A DNA stretch of 64,000 nucleotides from Candidatus Geocrenenecus huangii. GTDB taxonomy: Archaea > Thermoproteota > Nitrososphaeria_A > Caldarchaeales > Wolframiiraptoraceae. Location of the stretch: NCBI GenBank assembly GCA_023254095.1, contig JALNLM010000003.1:1-64000 (forward strand), read 5' to 3'. Below the pieces are notes generated by a model. That model was not told the DNA's origin. It worked only from the letters and a program-made list of their open reading frames with translations, and made no database searches. How positions within the stretch are numbered: the first letter of the stretch is position 1; every line of letters starts with the position of its first letter. Made by a program: the position numbers and the translations under genes. Of the stretch, positions 36,361 through 45,785 are shown piece by piece.

Positions 36361-37956
36361 ATCGATTACATCGAAATTCTCGATACAACTCTCAGAGACG
36401 GTGCACAGACTACTGGTGTATCTTTCACACTAGAAGAAAAACTCAAGATAGTTGAAAAATTAGATGAGTTAGGCGTTGATTATATCGAGGGGGGATGGCC
36501 AGCCTCTAACCCAAAAGATAGTGAATTCTTTAGAAGAGTTAAAGATCTAACACTAAGGAATTCCAAGATAGCTGCATTCGGAAGCACCGCTAAAGTCGGC
36601 GTTCCTATCCGTCTAGACCAGTCTTTGAACTCCATTCTAGAAGCAGATGTCTCAGTAGCTGTCTTATTTGGGAAGTCTTGGTCTTTACATGTTGAGAAAG
36701 TCTTGAAATGCAGTTTTGAAGAAAACCTAGAAATCGTCTACAACAGCGTAAATTATCTAAGAGAACATGGATTGAAAGTCATCTTCGATGCGGAACACTT
36801 CTTCGACGGTTATCTCGACAACCCTGAATACGCATTGAAGGTTTTGAAAGCTGCTGAAGAAGCTAAAGCTGAAACCATTGTTCTAGCAGATACGAATGGG
36901 GGAAATACCTTCACGACGATAATGAAGGTTGTCCAGAATGTAAGAAGAGAGATAAAACCTAGGATCGGGATACATACGCATAACGATTCAGGACTAGCTG
37001 TTGCAAATACCCTAGCAGCAGTAGAGGCTGGGGCTCGTCACGTTCAAGGAACTATAAATGGTTTAGGTGAGAGGTGCGGGAATGCTGACCTGATACAGAT
37101 TCTCCCGGCCCTAATCTTCAAAATGAATTTTAATGCTCTGCGGACGAACCTTCCACGGGAAGAAAAATTACGGAAGCTCAAATCTATTGCAACATACGTT
37201 GCTGAAGCCTCAGGTATGCCTCTTTCACCATATCATCCATACGTTGGGGAATATGCTTTCAGCCATAAAGGTGGAGTACACATAGATGCTGTACTAAAAG
37301 AGAAAAGAGCGTATGAGCATATTGACCCTGGCTTGCTAGGAAACTTGACGAGGTTCGTCGTTTCAGACCAAGCTGGGAGGGCAGCTATCCTACAAGAAGC
37401 ATTCGAGATGGGTCTTAAGCTCTCTAAAGATGAACCCGCTCTAACTAAGGCATTGCAAGAGATCAAGAACATGGAAGCAGAAGGATGCAAGTTCGATAAT
37501 GCTACTGGAAGTATACGCTTAGTCATCTTGAAGTTTCTAGGATACAACATAGATAGATTGAAGATTATTTCTTGGAGGACCCTTGTAGAAAGAGGGCCAA
37601 CAGACAGGGTAGAGGCAATAGTTACACTACAGTTAAATGGAGAAATAGTTCATGGTATAGGAAACGGCGTAGGACCAGTACACGCATTAGACCTAGCTCT
37701 TAGAGATGCTCTGCTGAGAAGACTTCCACAACTAGAAAGAGTTAAACTAGTAAACTATAAGGTCTCTGTGGTGGATGCCGCAAGAGGTACGGGCGCCGCA
37801 GTAAGAGTCTTCATAGAGTTCACCGACGGGGAAAAAAGCTGGGCTTGTACTGCGTACTCTAGAAATATTCTTGAAGCAAGCTTGAAAGCATTAATCGACG
37901 GGTACACCTACAAGCTGATAACATATGAGTTGGAGAAGGACTTAGTCAATAGATGA
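36361..37956 (+). CDS. cimA: Citramalate synthase (EGGWPxSNPKD type); frame begins at ATC
   Basis: The frame extends 88 codons upstream of the listed TTG (36625): IDYIEILDTTLRDGAQ...YIEGGWPASNPKDSEFF. Also FDAEHFFDG, HTHNDSG, GERCGN and HKGGVH motifs and a C-terminal regulatory domain. Confidence 0.82.
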   Translation: MDYIEILDTTLRDGAQTTGVSFTLEEKLKIVEKLDELGVDYIEGGWPASNPKDSEFFRRVKDLTLRNSKIAAFGSTAKVGVPIRLDQSLNSILEADVSVAVLFGKSWSLHVEKVLKCSFEENLEIVYNSVNYLREHGLKVIFDAEHFFDGYLDNPEYALKVLKAAEEAKAETIVLADTNGGNTFTTIMKVVQNVRREIKPRIGIHTHNDSGLAVANTLAAVEAGARHVQGTINGLGERCGNADLIQILPALIFKMNFNALRTNLPREEKLRKLKSIATYVAEASGMPLSPYHPYVGEYAFSHKGGVHIDAVLKEKRAYEHIDPGLLGNLTRFVVSDQAGRAAILQEAFEMGLKLSKDEPALTKALQEIKNMEAEGCKFDNATGSIRLVILKFLGYNIDRLKIISWRTLVERGPTDRVEAIVTLQLNGEIVHGIGNGVGPVHALDLALRDALLRRLPQLERVKLVNYKVSVVDAARGTGAAVRVFIEFTDGEKSWACTAYSRNILEASLKALIDGYTYKLITYELEKDLVNR

Positions 37957-38283
37957 AGATCTCTCCAATTCGAAGATAGCTCTAATAGACTTCAACGATG
38001 AATCAATGAATCTTAAGAAAGAGTTTAGAGCAGCTCTCAGAGACACAACATCCTCCGCCTGGATCACTATCTTTAATCCTTCATTGACGGCAATTATATC
38101 GACTCGCGTTCTCTTCGAAGGTAGCTCTCCCGCCTCAATCGAGACGGACTTATATATTATATCTCTTTCTTCAGGAGGAATAAATATCACTACTTCGACG
38201 ATTGCGTTACCTAGCCTCGTATTATGGCTAGATGATATTCTAGGATCGGCATGTTGATCCTTCTTGCATGAAGACTTATCCAT
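37942..38283 (-). CDS. pcc1: KEOPS complex subunit Pcc1
   Basis: IQAEDVVSLRAALNSFLRFI signature; exosome superoperon context. Confidence 0.88.
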   Translation of the reverse strand: MDKSSCKKDQHADPRISSSHNTRLGNAIVEVVIFIPPEERDIIYKSVSIEAGELPSKRTRVDIIAVNEGLKIVIQAEDVVSLRAALNSFLRFIDSSLKSIRAIFELERSSSID

Positions 38284-38393
38284 CTAGTAGTTTAACATTC
38301 TTCGTTGATAATAAAAGTTTTAACTTAATGAGAACAGGATGTTTGACAATAGCATATTCACCTATGAAATGTTGATGCTAGTATATGCTTCAT

Positions 38394-38621
38394 TTATTTC
38401 TCCATGAAGGGAGACCAAGCTCCGCCCGCGAATTTATATCCGCATCTAGTACATTGCCAGACTCCGATTGAGACTCTTTTGACCTTCCCTTCCCCGCAAC
38501 CGGGACATATATGTAATGCTTTCTGCTCACGTTCTATCTCAGCAACCTTCTTTCTAATAGTTGCCCCATATCTAGCTTTAAATCTCTTAGCAGGATTATC
38601 TTGTAGACGGCCGACCCTCAT
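38394..38621 (-). CDS. rpl37ae: 50S ribosomal protein L37Ae (eL43)
   Basis: RFKARYGATIRK, CPGC and GVWQCTRCG..FAGGAW motifs. Confidence 0.95.
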   Translation of the reverse strand: MRVGRLQDNPAKRFKARYGATIRKKVAEIEREQKALHICPGCGEGKVKRVSIGVWQCTRCGYKFAGGAWSPFMEK

Positions 38622-38793
38622 AACAGTTCTCTAAAATAATTTTAAAAGTGTAATATATATGTAATCTTGGTTACTGGAGGCTAAATGCCTTTTCCGGCAT
38701 GGTTCATGAGTAAGCGTCATTACAAGTTGATCGAGAGCATTATTAATGATTCATCGATATAGATAGTGAAACGGTTACATTGATGTTAGCTAC

Positions 38794-39621
38794 CTATATT
38801 TTGACGTTTAATGCTTCACAGAATTTCTGCCTAGTATACTTGCATTTCTCAGAGGCCACGTCTATCATCTGTTCTAGCATGTTCTCAGGTATTAACCCCG
38901 GAGAATTCTTCTGTATAGAGATTACGTTGTCTTTTTCATCCATGCCTATAATTATTGAAACATCTAGAGCAGATTCTTCTTCTAACTGTGGATCAACCAA
39001 GAATTTTTCTTTAATTATCCCGAAGGTGGTAGTGAAGGGTAGAGACTGAAGTTGGAGATTAAAGTATTCTCCAGTCTTCTCCACCTTACCGTCTAAAACC
39101 TCATACTTAGGGATTCTCGCAGTTGCTAGAGCGGCAAGGACAGCGATCGTTGAAGGATCATAATAGTTACCATCATAGTCGAGTACGTACACATCGACAA
39201 AAAGTATGTATGCTTTCTCCCCTTCGACCAAACATAGTTTTTCCAAGTCGATGCACTTGCTCTCCCTAATGCTACGGTCGACTACTCTGGCAAGCTCGAC
39301 TCCGCGTTCATCGGGTGGTCCAGGCTCGAAGCTTATCGAGGCCAATGGTAATAGTTCTGCATTTACTGTGAATGAGCCTTCTCTCGGTCTATCAGAATAT
39401 GGTGAGCCTATCTCTGCCTTTATTCCAACCAGTATCTTTGTTCCGCCCATTGAGGCAAGCGCAGAGCCGTCTGCCTTCTCGACGAGTCCCGTAACGATAT
39501 TTATCGGCCTCATATCTGTCGGAGACCTACCGTCAAGCCTCTTGCCCTGCTTTAGCAGGTTGTATATCTTTTCTTGAACTATCTTCGCTGTTAGACTCTT
39601 CTTCATCTGAGATATAGACAT
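38794..39621 (-). CDS. rrp42: Exosome subunit Rrp42
   Basis: RLDGR, FEPGPPDE, LARVVDRSIRE and LDYDGN motifs. Confidence 0.95.
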   Translation of the reverse strand: MSISQMKKSLTAKIVQEKIYNLLKQGKRLDGRSPTDMRPINIVTGLVEKADGSALASMGGTKILVGIKAEIGSPYSDRPREGSFTVNAELLPLASISFEPGPPDERGVELARVVDRSIRESKCIDLEKLCLVEGEKAYILFVDVYVLDYDGNYYDPSTIAVLAALATARIPKYEVLDGKVEKTGEYFNLQLQSLPFTTTFGIIKEKFLVDPQLEEESALDVSIIIGMDEKDNVISIQKNSPGLIPENMLEQMIDVASEKCKYTRQKFCEALNVKI

Positions 39622-39627
39622 GCCTTC

Positions 39628-40365
39628 TTAAACCTCCATCAACGATACTCCACTATACTTTTTTCTTAGAGCCTCTCTTTGTTTCTGGTATATCTCCGTT
39701 ATTCCTTTCTTAGCAAACTCAAGAGCTCTTCTAAAATCTTCCTTCGCAAGCCTCCCATTCAGTTGTAGTAAGACTATGGAGTTAAGCCGTGGGGCCATGG
39801 CCACAGGCATATCTGCTTCACCATACTTATCTTCTAGGTCGCATAGATCGAGGACTAAGTGTCCTTCAATTTTTCCAACAGCCACGGCTGCTACTAGGTC
39901 GGCCATAGGTATTCCTGCTTCAGCGAGGGCAAGAGATGCGGCTGTCAGCCCAGCTGTTCTCGTCCCACCGTCAGCTTGTATAACCTCGATGTAGACATCT
40001 ATACTTGTACGGGGGAATTCTTCAAGGAAGACTACGCTCTCTAGCGCTTCCCTTATTACTTTTGACAATTCTATTTCTCTTCTAGTCATCCCTAGAGGCT
40101 TCCTCTCATCTACGCTGAAAGACGCCATGTGATACCTACAGTTTAATATTGCACGATCAGGTAAAGCTAGGTGTTTAGGATGTACTTCTCTTGGACCGAA
40201 GACCGCTGCAAAGACTTTTGTCTTTCCCAGTTCTACGTATGCTGACCCATCACTTTTATCCAGCACGCCTATCTCTATCTTCAGAGGTCTTAGCTCATCT
40301 GGTCTTCTCCCATCAATTCTAGTCCCTTCCTCATTTATCAATTTCAATTTTTCATCCTTCACCAT
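39628..40365 (-). CDS. rrp41: Exosome subunit Rrp41
   Basis: [19 protein letters not shown] and QADGGTR motifs. ATG at 40365 follows the SD GGAGGTGA. Confidence 0.95.
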   Translation of the reverse strand: MVKDEKLKLINEEGTRIDGRRPDELRPLKIEIGVLDKSDGSAYVELGKTKVFAAVFGPREVHPKHLALPDRAILNCRYHMASFSVDERKPLGMTRREIELSKVIREALESVVFLEEFPRTSIDVYIEVIQADGGTRTAGLTAASLALAEAGIPMADLVAAVAVGKIEGHLVLDLCDLEDKYGEADMPVAMAPRLNSIVLLQLNGRLAKEDFRRALEFAKKGITEIYQKQREALRKKYSGVSLMEV

Positions 40366-41029
40366 GTGATTCACCTCCAAGAATACTTCTAACCAAGTTT
40401 TCAACTCTTTCTGTTAATCCTTGTGAATGTGCTTCTCTTTCAATCAACCTTATCGCAGACAAAGCTGCAAACTCGTTGCTAGGAGATGGTCCCTTAATAA
40501 CTATGAACCCATTTCTCCCCACCAACAAGTCGCAGCCCGTCTCCTTCTTAATCATGTTAATCATCGACCCCCTTCTACCAATCAACCTAGGAATCTTAGA
40601 TGGATGCATACTTACCAGTAAGCCTGAGGTAACCTTCTTAATCTTCTCACCCGTCTCCAAGAATACACCTCTAAGTCCACTCTCTTTAACTGTTCCATAC
40701 ACTACCTCTCCAACTTTCAAGTTGAGAGCTTGAACCTCTTTTTTATCAGGTATTCTTATCGTCGCCGTTAGGTGTCTCCCTAGACTCACGTCGAAGCCAT
40801 TTGGCTTGACATCTATCACTACACCTATGACACGATCACCAGGCTGAGGATTATATGTGCTCTTGAACGGTATAACACATACTTTATCATTCTTAATAGT
40901 CGCGAATCCTACTGTTGCTGCGTAAACCTTATTCCCTAGCACGTATGTTCCTTCACCACTTCTCTTATCATCATCTGATAATAGCTGACCCGGTAAAACG
41001 ACCTCTCTCTCCGAGAAATATAAAGGCAT
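40352..41029 (-). CDS. rrp4: Exosome RNA-binding cap subunit Rrp4
   Basis: VLPGQLL, S1 domain and KH domain ([25 protein letters not shown]). Confidence 0.92.
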   Translation of the reverse strand: MPLYFSEREVVLPGQLLSDDDKRSGEGTYVLGNKVYAATVGFATIKNDKVCVIPFKSTYNPQPGDRVIGVVIDVKPNGFDVSLGRHLTATIRIPDKKEVQALNLKVGEVVYGTVKESGLRGVFLETGEKIKKVTSGLLVSMHPSKIPRLIGRRGSMINMIKKETGCDLLVGRNGFIVIKGPSPSNEFAALSAIRLIEREAHSQGLTERVENLVRSILGGESHGEG

Positions 41030-41033
41030 ACTT

Positions 41034-41726
41034 CTACCCCTCTAAAGGATTCACCTCTATCCTTCCGCTCGCTATCCTCGTTAACCTATCTATTAAGTCT
41101 AAGTGTAGGCCTGTTGGAACCTCGACTACACCAACCCAGCTACCATCCTTCCTCCATTCTTCCTTGACTAACTTACCCATATTCTTAATTAGTCCGTAAG
41201 ATTTCCCAACTACTTCTCCTGGAAGTCTTATCTGGAGTTTGATTAAACCTATCTTTAAAGGAAGTATAGACCTAAGCTTCTCTATAATCTTTAATGCTTG
41301 CTCTTTAGCATCTTGGAAGGGATCTATAGTTACACCTGCTTCATCCATAGCTAGCTCTATTCTCTGAGGAGGATGAGGAAGGTTAGTTCTAGGATCAATA
41401 GCATTCCTAGAGATAAAATCTACAATAGATTTCTTTTTTTCTTCTATAAGTTTTCTTCTTTGTTCCGCGGTAACCTGTATTGTTCCCTCCTTCAATATCG
41501 TCTCCGCTATCTTCAAGAACTCTGTTGTGCCAAACGCCTTTCTCAATTCTTCCTCGCTCGCCCTACTTCCTTTACGGGAATCTTTGTAAACTTCTTCGTA
41601 GACGACGATCTTTGATACAGGAATATTCTCTCCAAGCCTATACTTTAGAGCGCGGTCGGGATCCACAAGTATCTCGAAGAGTATACCTTTCTTTTCAATT
41701 CTTGCAACAGTATAGTTCTTAGACAA
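41034..41726 (-). CDS. Ribosome maturation factor SBDS/Sdo1
   Basis: FEILVDPD, AFGTTE and IDPRTNLPHPPQRIELAM motifs. Confidence 0.93.
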   Translation of the reverse strand: MSKNYTVARIEKKGILFEILVDPDRALKYRLGENIPVSKIVVYEEVYKDSRKGSRASEEELRKAFGTTEFLKIAETILKEGTIQVTAEQRRKLIEEKKKSIVDFISRNAIDPRTNLPHPPQRIELAMDEAGVTIDPFQDAKEQALKIIEKLRSILPLKIGLIKLQIRLPGEVVGKSYGLIKNMGKLVKEEWRKDGSWVGVVEVPTGLHLDLIDRLTRIASGRIEVNPLEG

Positions 41727-41812
41727 CCCTATTTATCCTCCCAGCTAATCCACTGTCATTTAATTAACCCTTCTGGAGATAGTCTAACTAAGAGATTTAT
41801 TAATATTCTCTT

Positions 41813-42550
41813 TCAGCTCTTCTTATCTTTTATTAATGGTTGAAGCCTCGCTTGCAATACTTCAGAAGGCATCACAGTATACTTTCTAGTCTTAGCAGGT
41901 ATAGTTACCAGACGGGCTGTCCATCCTTCTTCAACTTTATCGATAGAATTAACTAATGCTTTCAAAGCTAGGTCTACAGCTTCTTCAAGAGTGATGCCCT
42001 TTTGATAATTGTTTTCTAGAAACTCTTTTACTTTATCTGCACCTCTACCTATGGCCCACGCATCATATTCTAGGACTAGACCGCTCGGCTCTGTGTAGAA
42101 TATTCTCGAACCTGTTTTATCTACTCCACCAAATAGTAATGCTGTGCCGAATGGTCTAACGCCTGCATGTTGTGTATACAACTGCATTACATCTCCTATA
42201 CGTTTAGCTATCGCCTCGACAGTAGGCTCCTCATCATATGAGAGTCTTATAACTTGAGCGTAAACCCTAGCATTGTCTATGAGTACACGTGCATCAGAGT
42301 TTAGCCCAGCAGCCGCAGCGCCTATATGTTCATCCACCTGGAAAAGCTTCCAAGAGAAGTTAGGGTTTTGAAGTCTAGTATGCATCCTCTCCTCAACCGT
42401 TAAGACAACTCCTTCATTACATAGTATAGCTATAGCTGTAGAGCCAGACCTAACAGTCTCGAGAGCATATTCCACCTGGTAGAGTCTACCCTGAGGTGAA
42501 AAAACTGTTATCGCTCTATCATATGCTCCTGCAATACCGAGTGCTGCCAA
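41813..42550 (-). CDS. psmA: Proteasome alpha subunit
   Basis: YDRAITVFSPQGRLYQVEYA and YTQHAGVRPFG motifs. Confidence 0.96.
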   Translation of the reverse strand: MAALGIAGAYDRAITVFSPQGRLYQVEYALETVRSGSTAIAILCNEGVVLTVEERMHTRLQNPNFSWKLFQVDEHIGAAAAGLNSDARVLIDNARVYAQVIRLSYDEEPTVEAIAKRIGDVMQLYTQHAGVRPFGTALLFGGVDKTGSRIFYTEPSGLVLEYDAWAIGRGADKVKEFLENNYQKGITLEEAVDLALKALVNSIDKVEEGWTARLVTIPAKTRKYTVMPSEVLQARLQPLIKDKKS

Positions 42551-42760
42551 CTCTCTTCCACCCTAATCATATCAATTATTCTTACTTAATAAAATTTCCT
42601 AGCTCTATAAGAAGACCTAGAATCTACTTAAAGGCTTGTAACCGTCTCTCAACCAATTCATCGAGCATAACAAGTTATCCATCTCTAGATAGAATCGACA
42701 ACTTTTCAGTATTGCAATATTGCCTAAGTCTAAATATCAGGAAGTGGGAAAAGATCTTGG

Positions 42761-43000
42761 ATGGCTGAGATCCTTTATACTATATTAGGGTTGATAATAA
42801 TTTTAATAGGGTTAGCCTTAATCTTCTCGACGATAAGTCCTAGAAAAGCTAATGTAGAAAGCGGAGGATTCATACTTATCGGACCATTCCCAATATTCTT
42901 TAAAGGTAAAGGCTCTAGACCTCTACTCCTCTTATTCCTAGCCTTAACGATACTGATTTTCTCCTTGTTTGTTTTCCTAGGGATGGTTAGATATGTCTGA
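42761..43000 (+). CDS. DUF131-like small membrane protein
   Basis: GGFILIGPFPIFF motif between TM segments. Confidence 0.75.
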   Translation: MAEILYTILGLIIILIGLALIFSTISPRKANVESGGFILIGPFPIFFKGKGSRPLLLLFLALTILIFSLFVFLGMVRYV

Positions 43001-43268
43001 AGAATCTAGAATAGTTATTCCGAGAAGCATAATATTCCTTGTCGGAGGCTTTCTAGTAATAATCGGTTTAACTCTGGTCTTCCTAGGGTTAAGCCATGAA
43101 GCTAAAATTGGTGGTCTAGTATTGATAGGCCCAATACCATTCCTCTTCTACTCAGAGGAGCCATCATCTATAATAGCGATTTTAGCATTCTTTATCTTCT
43201 CCATAGTACTTATCTTGAGCATCTTCGTATACCTAGTTTTGAAAAGACTTACACCGGTAACAGAGTAA
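42993..43268 (+). CDS. DUF131-like small membrane protein (tandem paralog)
   Basis: GGLVLIGPIPFLF motif. Confidence 0.75.
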   Translation: MSEESRIVIPRSIIFLVGGFLVIIGLTLVFLGLSHEAKIGGLVLIGPIPFLFYSEEPSSIIAILAFFIFSIVLILSIFVYLVLKRLTPVTE

Positions 43269-43306
43269 CCATTATATAGTAAGGGTAGGAGACTCTAGTC
43301 GGAAAG

Positions 43307-43519
43307 GTGAAGAAGTTGCCTTTCTGCAGAGAATGCGGCTCAAAGTTATTCTACGATAGGAATTCGAAAGAATATGTATGTAGAAGCTGTGGGCTAACTT
43401 ATACATTCCAAGACCTAGTAATAGAGTCAGAGAAAATGTTTGAAGAAAAGCTAAAAAGGGATGAGAAGCGGAGAACTAGAGAAGAATATTTAGAATGGTG
43501 GTTATCTAGGAAGAAGTGA
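43307..43519 (+). CDS. Small zinc-ribbon protein
   Basis: CRECG...CRSCG and C-terminal EYLEWWLS. Confidence 0.75.
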   Translation: MKKLPFCRECGSKLFYDRNSKEYVCRSCGLTYTFQDLVIESEKMFEEKLKRDEKRRTREEYLEWWLSRKK

Positions 43520-43815
43520 GAACCATGGAAATGATACTATTTGTTGAAAAAAGCAGATATAAAGAATTAGAAGAAAGATTACTTAAAGATGACGTAGTAT
43601 CTAGAAGTAATATAATCTTCCGAGTCTCTGAACCATTAAGAGAAGGAGGCTTCTACGCTAGGATAATCGGGTCAGAAGAGCAATGTGATAGAGCAAGGAA
43701 ACTCGCTGGAGAAATAGCTCAAGAAATCTTGGGAGAAGAAAAAGAAAAAGTTCTAAAAGCCATAAAAGAAGAAGATGAAAAAATGCTTTCAGGCTTCTCC
43801 GGAATATTCAAATAA
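43516..43815 (+). CDS. Hypothetical protein
   Basis: Overlaps the upstream stop; charged globular composition, ends GFSGIFK. Confidence 0.65.
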   Translation: MRTMEMILFVEKSRYKELEERLLKDDVVSRSNIIFRVSEPLREGGFYARIIGSEEQCDRARKLAGEIAQEILGEEKEKVLKAIKEEDEKMLSGFSGIFK

Positions 43816-44086
43816 AATAGAGAATAGTAGGCGTGGCCGCTGAGACTTAAATCCCACAACAGCAACTATGACTGGGCCGATATTGTTTAATGCTCGGCTA
43901 TCTTACTTTAAGGCCTATCGCATAATATGATAGCAGTAACTCCTCCGAGAACTGATTAGCCAGTTCCTTGATTAAGTCCTATATCCTCTATTATTTTTAG
44001 CACGATTTAAAAACAGTGTAAGAATTAAATAGCATCGTATCAATTATACTCAAAAGGAACTGGGCAGAAAAGGTGTTGTACCAGCG

Positions 44087-44848
44087 ATGTATACTATCTT
44101 CATAACCGGTACTGCAGGCTCAGGTAAGTCAACACTTGCAGGAGCTTTCAGCGATTGGTTAAGAAGTCAAGAACAATCAACTCTACTTGTGAATCTTGAC
44201 CCTGCAGTTTTAACATTACCTTATGAGCCTGACGTAGACGTTAGAGAAATGGTGGACTATGAGAGAGTGATGACGACGAGGAGACTAGGCCCGAACGCGG
44301 CCCTGATAGCAACGTTGAGAGAAGTAGCAAGACATATAGAGGAAGTAGCTGACGAAGTAAACTCACATGAGGTTGACTTCCTTATAGTTGACACTCCCGG
44401 GCAACTCGAATTGTTTGCATACAGGAAGGAGGGAAGAATATTTACAAAGTACATTGGAGAAGGTAGAAAGGTTATGTTGTTCCTACTGGATCCCATGTTC
44501 TGCGCAGTAACGAGAAACTTCGTGGCAAGCATGTTCCTAGCCTCATCGATATATTTAACATTCCAGCTACCGATGATACAGATACTCAACAAAATAGACG
44601 CTGTCCCTAAAAAGTACATTGATAGAATTGAAAGGTGGAGTGAATCACTAGAATCACTTATAGTAGATATAGAGAATAGGTCGAAGAACGTGTTAATGCA
44701 TTTATCGAGAGAGATTGCTCAATCAGTCTACGATATAGTCTCCAACATGCCTATAGTTCCTGTTTCATCCATAACGATGGAGGGATTTGCAGAACTCCAC
44801 GCAATTCTAACAAGAGTAGTTGGTGAAGGAGAAATAGAATTAAGGTGA
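44087..44848 (+). CDS. GPN-loop GTPase
   Basis: GTAGSGKST, NLDP, LGPN, DTPGQLE and NKID motifs. Confidence 0.92.
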   Translation: MYTIFITGTAGSGKSTLAGAFSDWLRSQEQSTLLVNLDPAVLTLPYEPDVDVREMVDYERVMTTRRLGPNAALIATLREVARHIEEVADEVNSHEVDFLIVDTPGQLELFAYRKEGRIFTKYIGEGRKVMLFLLDPMFCAVTRNFVASMFLASSIYLTFQLPMIQILNKIDAVPKKYIDRIERWSESLESLIVDIENRSKNVLMHLSREIAQSVYDIVSNMPIVPVSSITMEGFAELHAILTRVVGEGEIELR

Positions 44849-44852
44849 AAAC

Positions 44853-45722
44853 ATGAGCATAATAGAATTAGAGAATAAACTACATGAACTAAGAGAAAGG
44901 TTAAGAAGCTTAAACATAGAAATAAATGAAAAACAATCGGAAATCAATCAATACATCTCTAAAAGAGATAGCATACATGTAGAGATCAAGAATGCATCAC
45001 AAGAATTAAAAAAGCTAAATCAAGAACTAAGTGAATACAGGGAGAGAATAGGTAAACTTAGAGAGCAGCTTCAGGAAAAGAAGAAAATACTCGAAGAAAA
45101 AAGAATGTTGTACCTAGAGGTTAAGAAGGAGTTGAGAACGCTAAGAAGTGTGAAAGACAATGTGGAAGAGATCCAGGAAAGGCTTGAAAGGCTTGATTGG
45201 CTTCTTCAAACGAAGCCGTTGCCGAAAGATGATGAGAAGAGAATATCCGGTGAAGTCGAGAAACTCCAAAATGAGCTCCAGTTTGCAAAGAGGAAGAAGG
45301 AATACGCTTACAGGATTGAAGAACTAAGAATCGAAATAAAGAATCTCAAAGAAGAAATACAGAAGATCAGAGAGGAGATTGAGAAGAGTCGAGAAGAGGC
45401 ATCACCTAAACTACTAGAACCGAGAACCTCGTTAAGAGAGAAGATCAAGATGCTGAAAGAGAAAGCTGATCAGTGGCATAGCAAGTATCTAGAAGCAAAG
45501 AATAAACTGCAGATGCTTGAGGCTGAGAAGATACTGTTATCTTCACAGATAGTAGAATTGCAGAACATTATACGGAAATATCGGGAAGAAGAAAATTCTA
45601 AGAAGGTACTAGAGCTAAAGGAGAAACTTAAAAACCAGGCTAAGGCCAAGCTGAACTCTGGAAAAAAGCTAACATTCGAAGAATTGAAGATCTTGGTAGA
45701 AGATGATGAATGGAAAGCCTAG
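44853..45722 (+). CDS. Archaeal coiled-coil protein (COG1340-like)
   Basis: Long heptads, LQTKPL..DDEKRI and C-terminal GKKLTFEEL. Confidence 0.8.
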   Translation: MSIIELENKLHELRERLRSLNIEINEKQSEINQYISKRDSIHVEIKNASQELKKLNQELSEYRERIGKLREQLQEKKKILEEKRMLYLEVKKELRTLRSVKDNVEEIQERLERLDWLLQTKPLPKDDEKRISGEVEKLQNELQFAKRKKEYAYRIEELRIEIKNLKEEIQKIREEIEKSREEASPKLLEPRTSLREKIKMLKEKADQWHSKYLEAKNKLQMLEAEKILLSSQIVELQNIIRKYREEENSKKVLELKEKLKNQAKAKLNSGKKLTFEELKILVEDDEWKA

Positions 45723-45785
45723 TGTAGTAGGTTTGATACGATATACTTATCTGAAACCATGCAGTATAACCTATAGACAAGCCAG

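Noticed and set aside
44853-45722. Coiled-coil protein as a second SMC-like or defence ATPase
   Set aside because: No Walker motifs; it fits the common archaeal coiled-coil protein in the GPN GTPase-DUF373-uppS neighbourhood.
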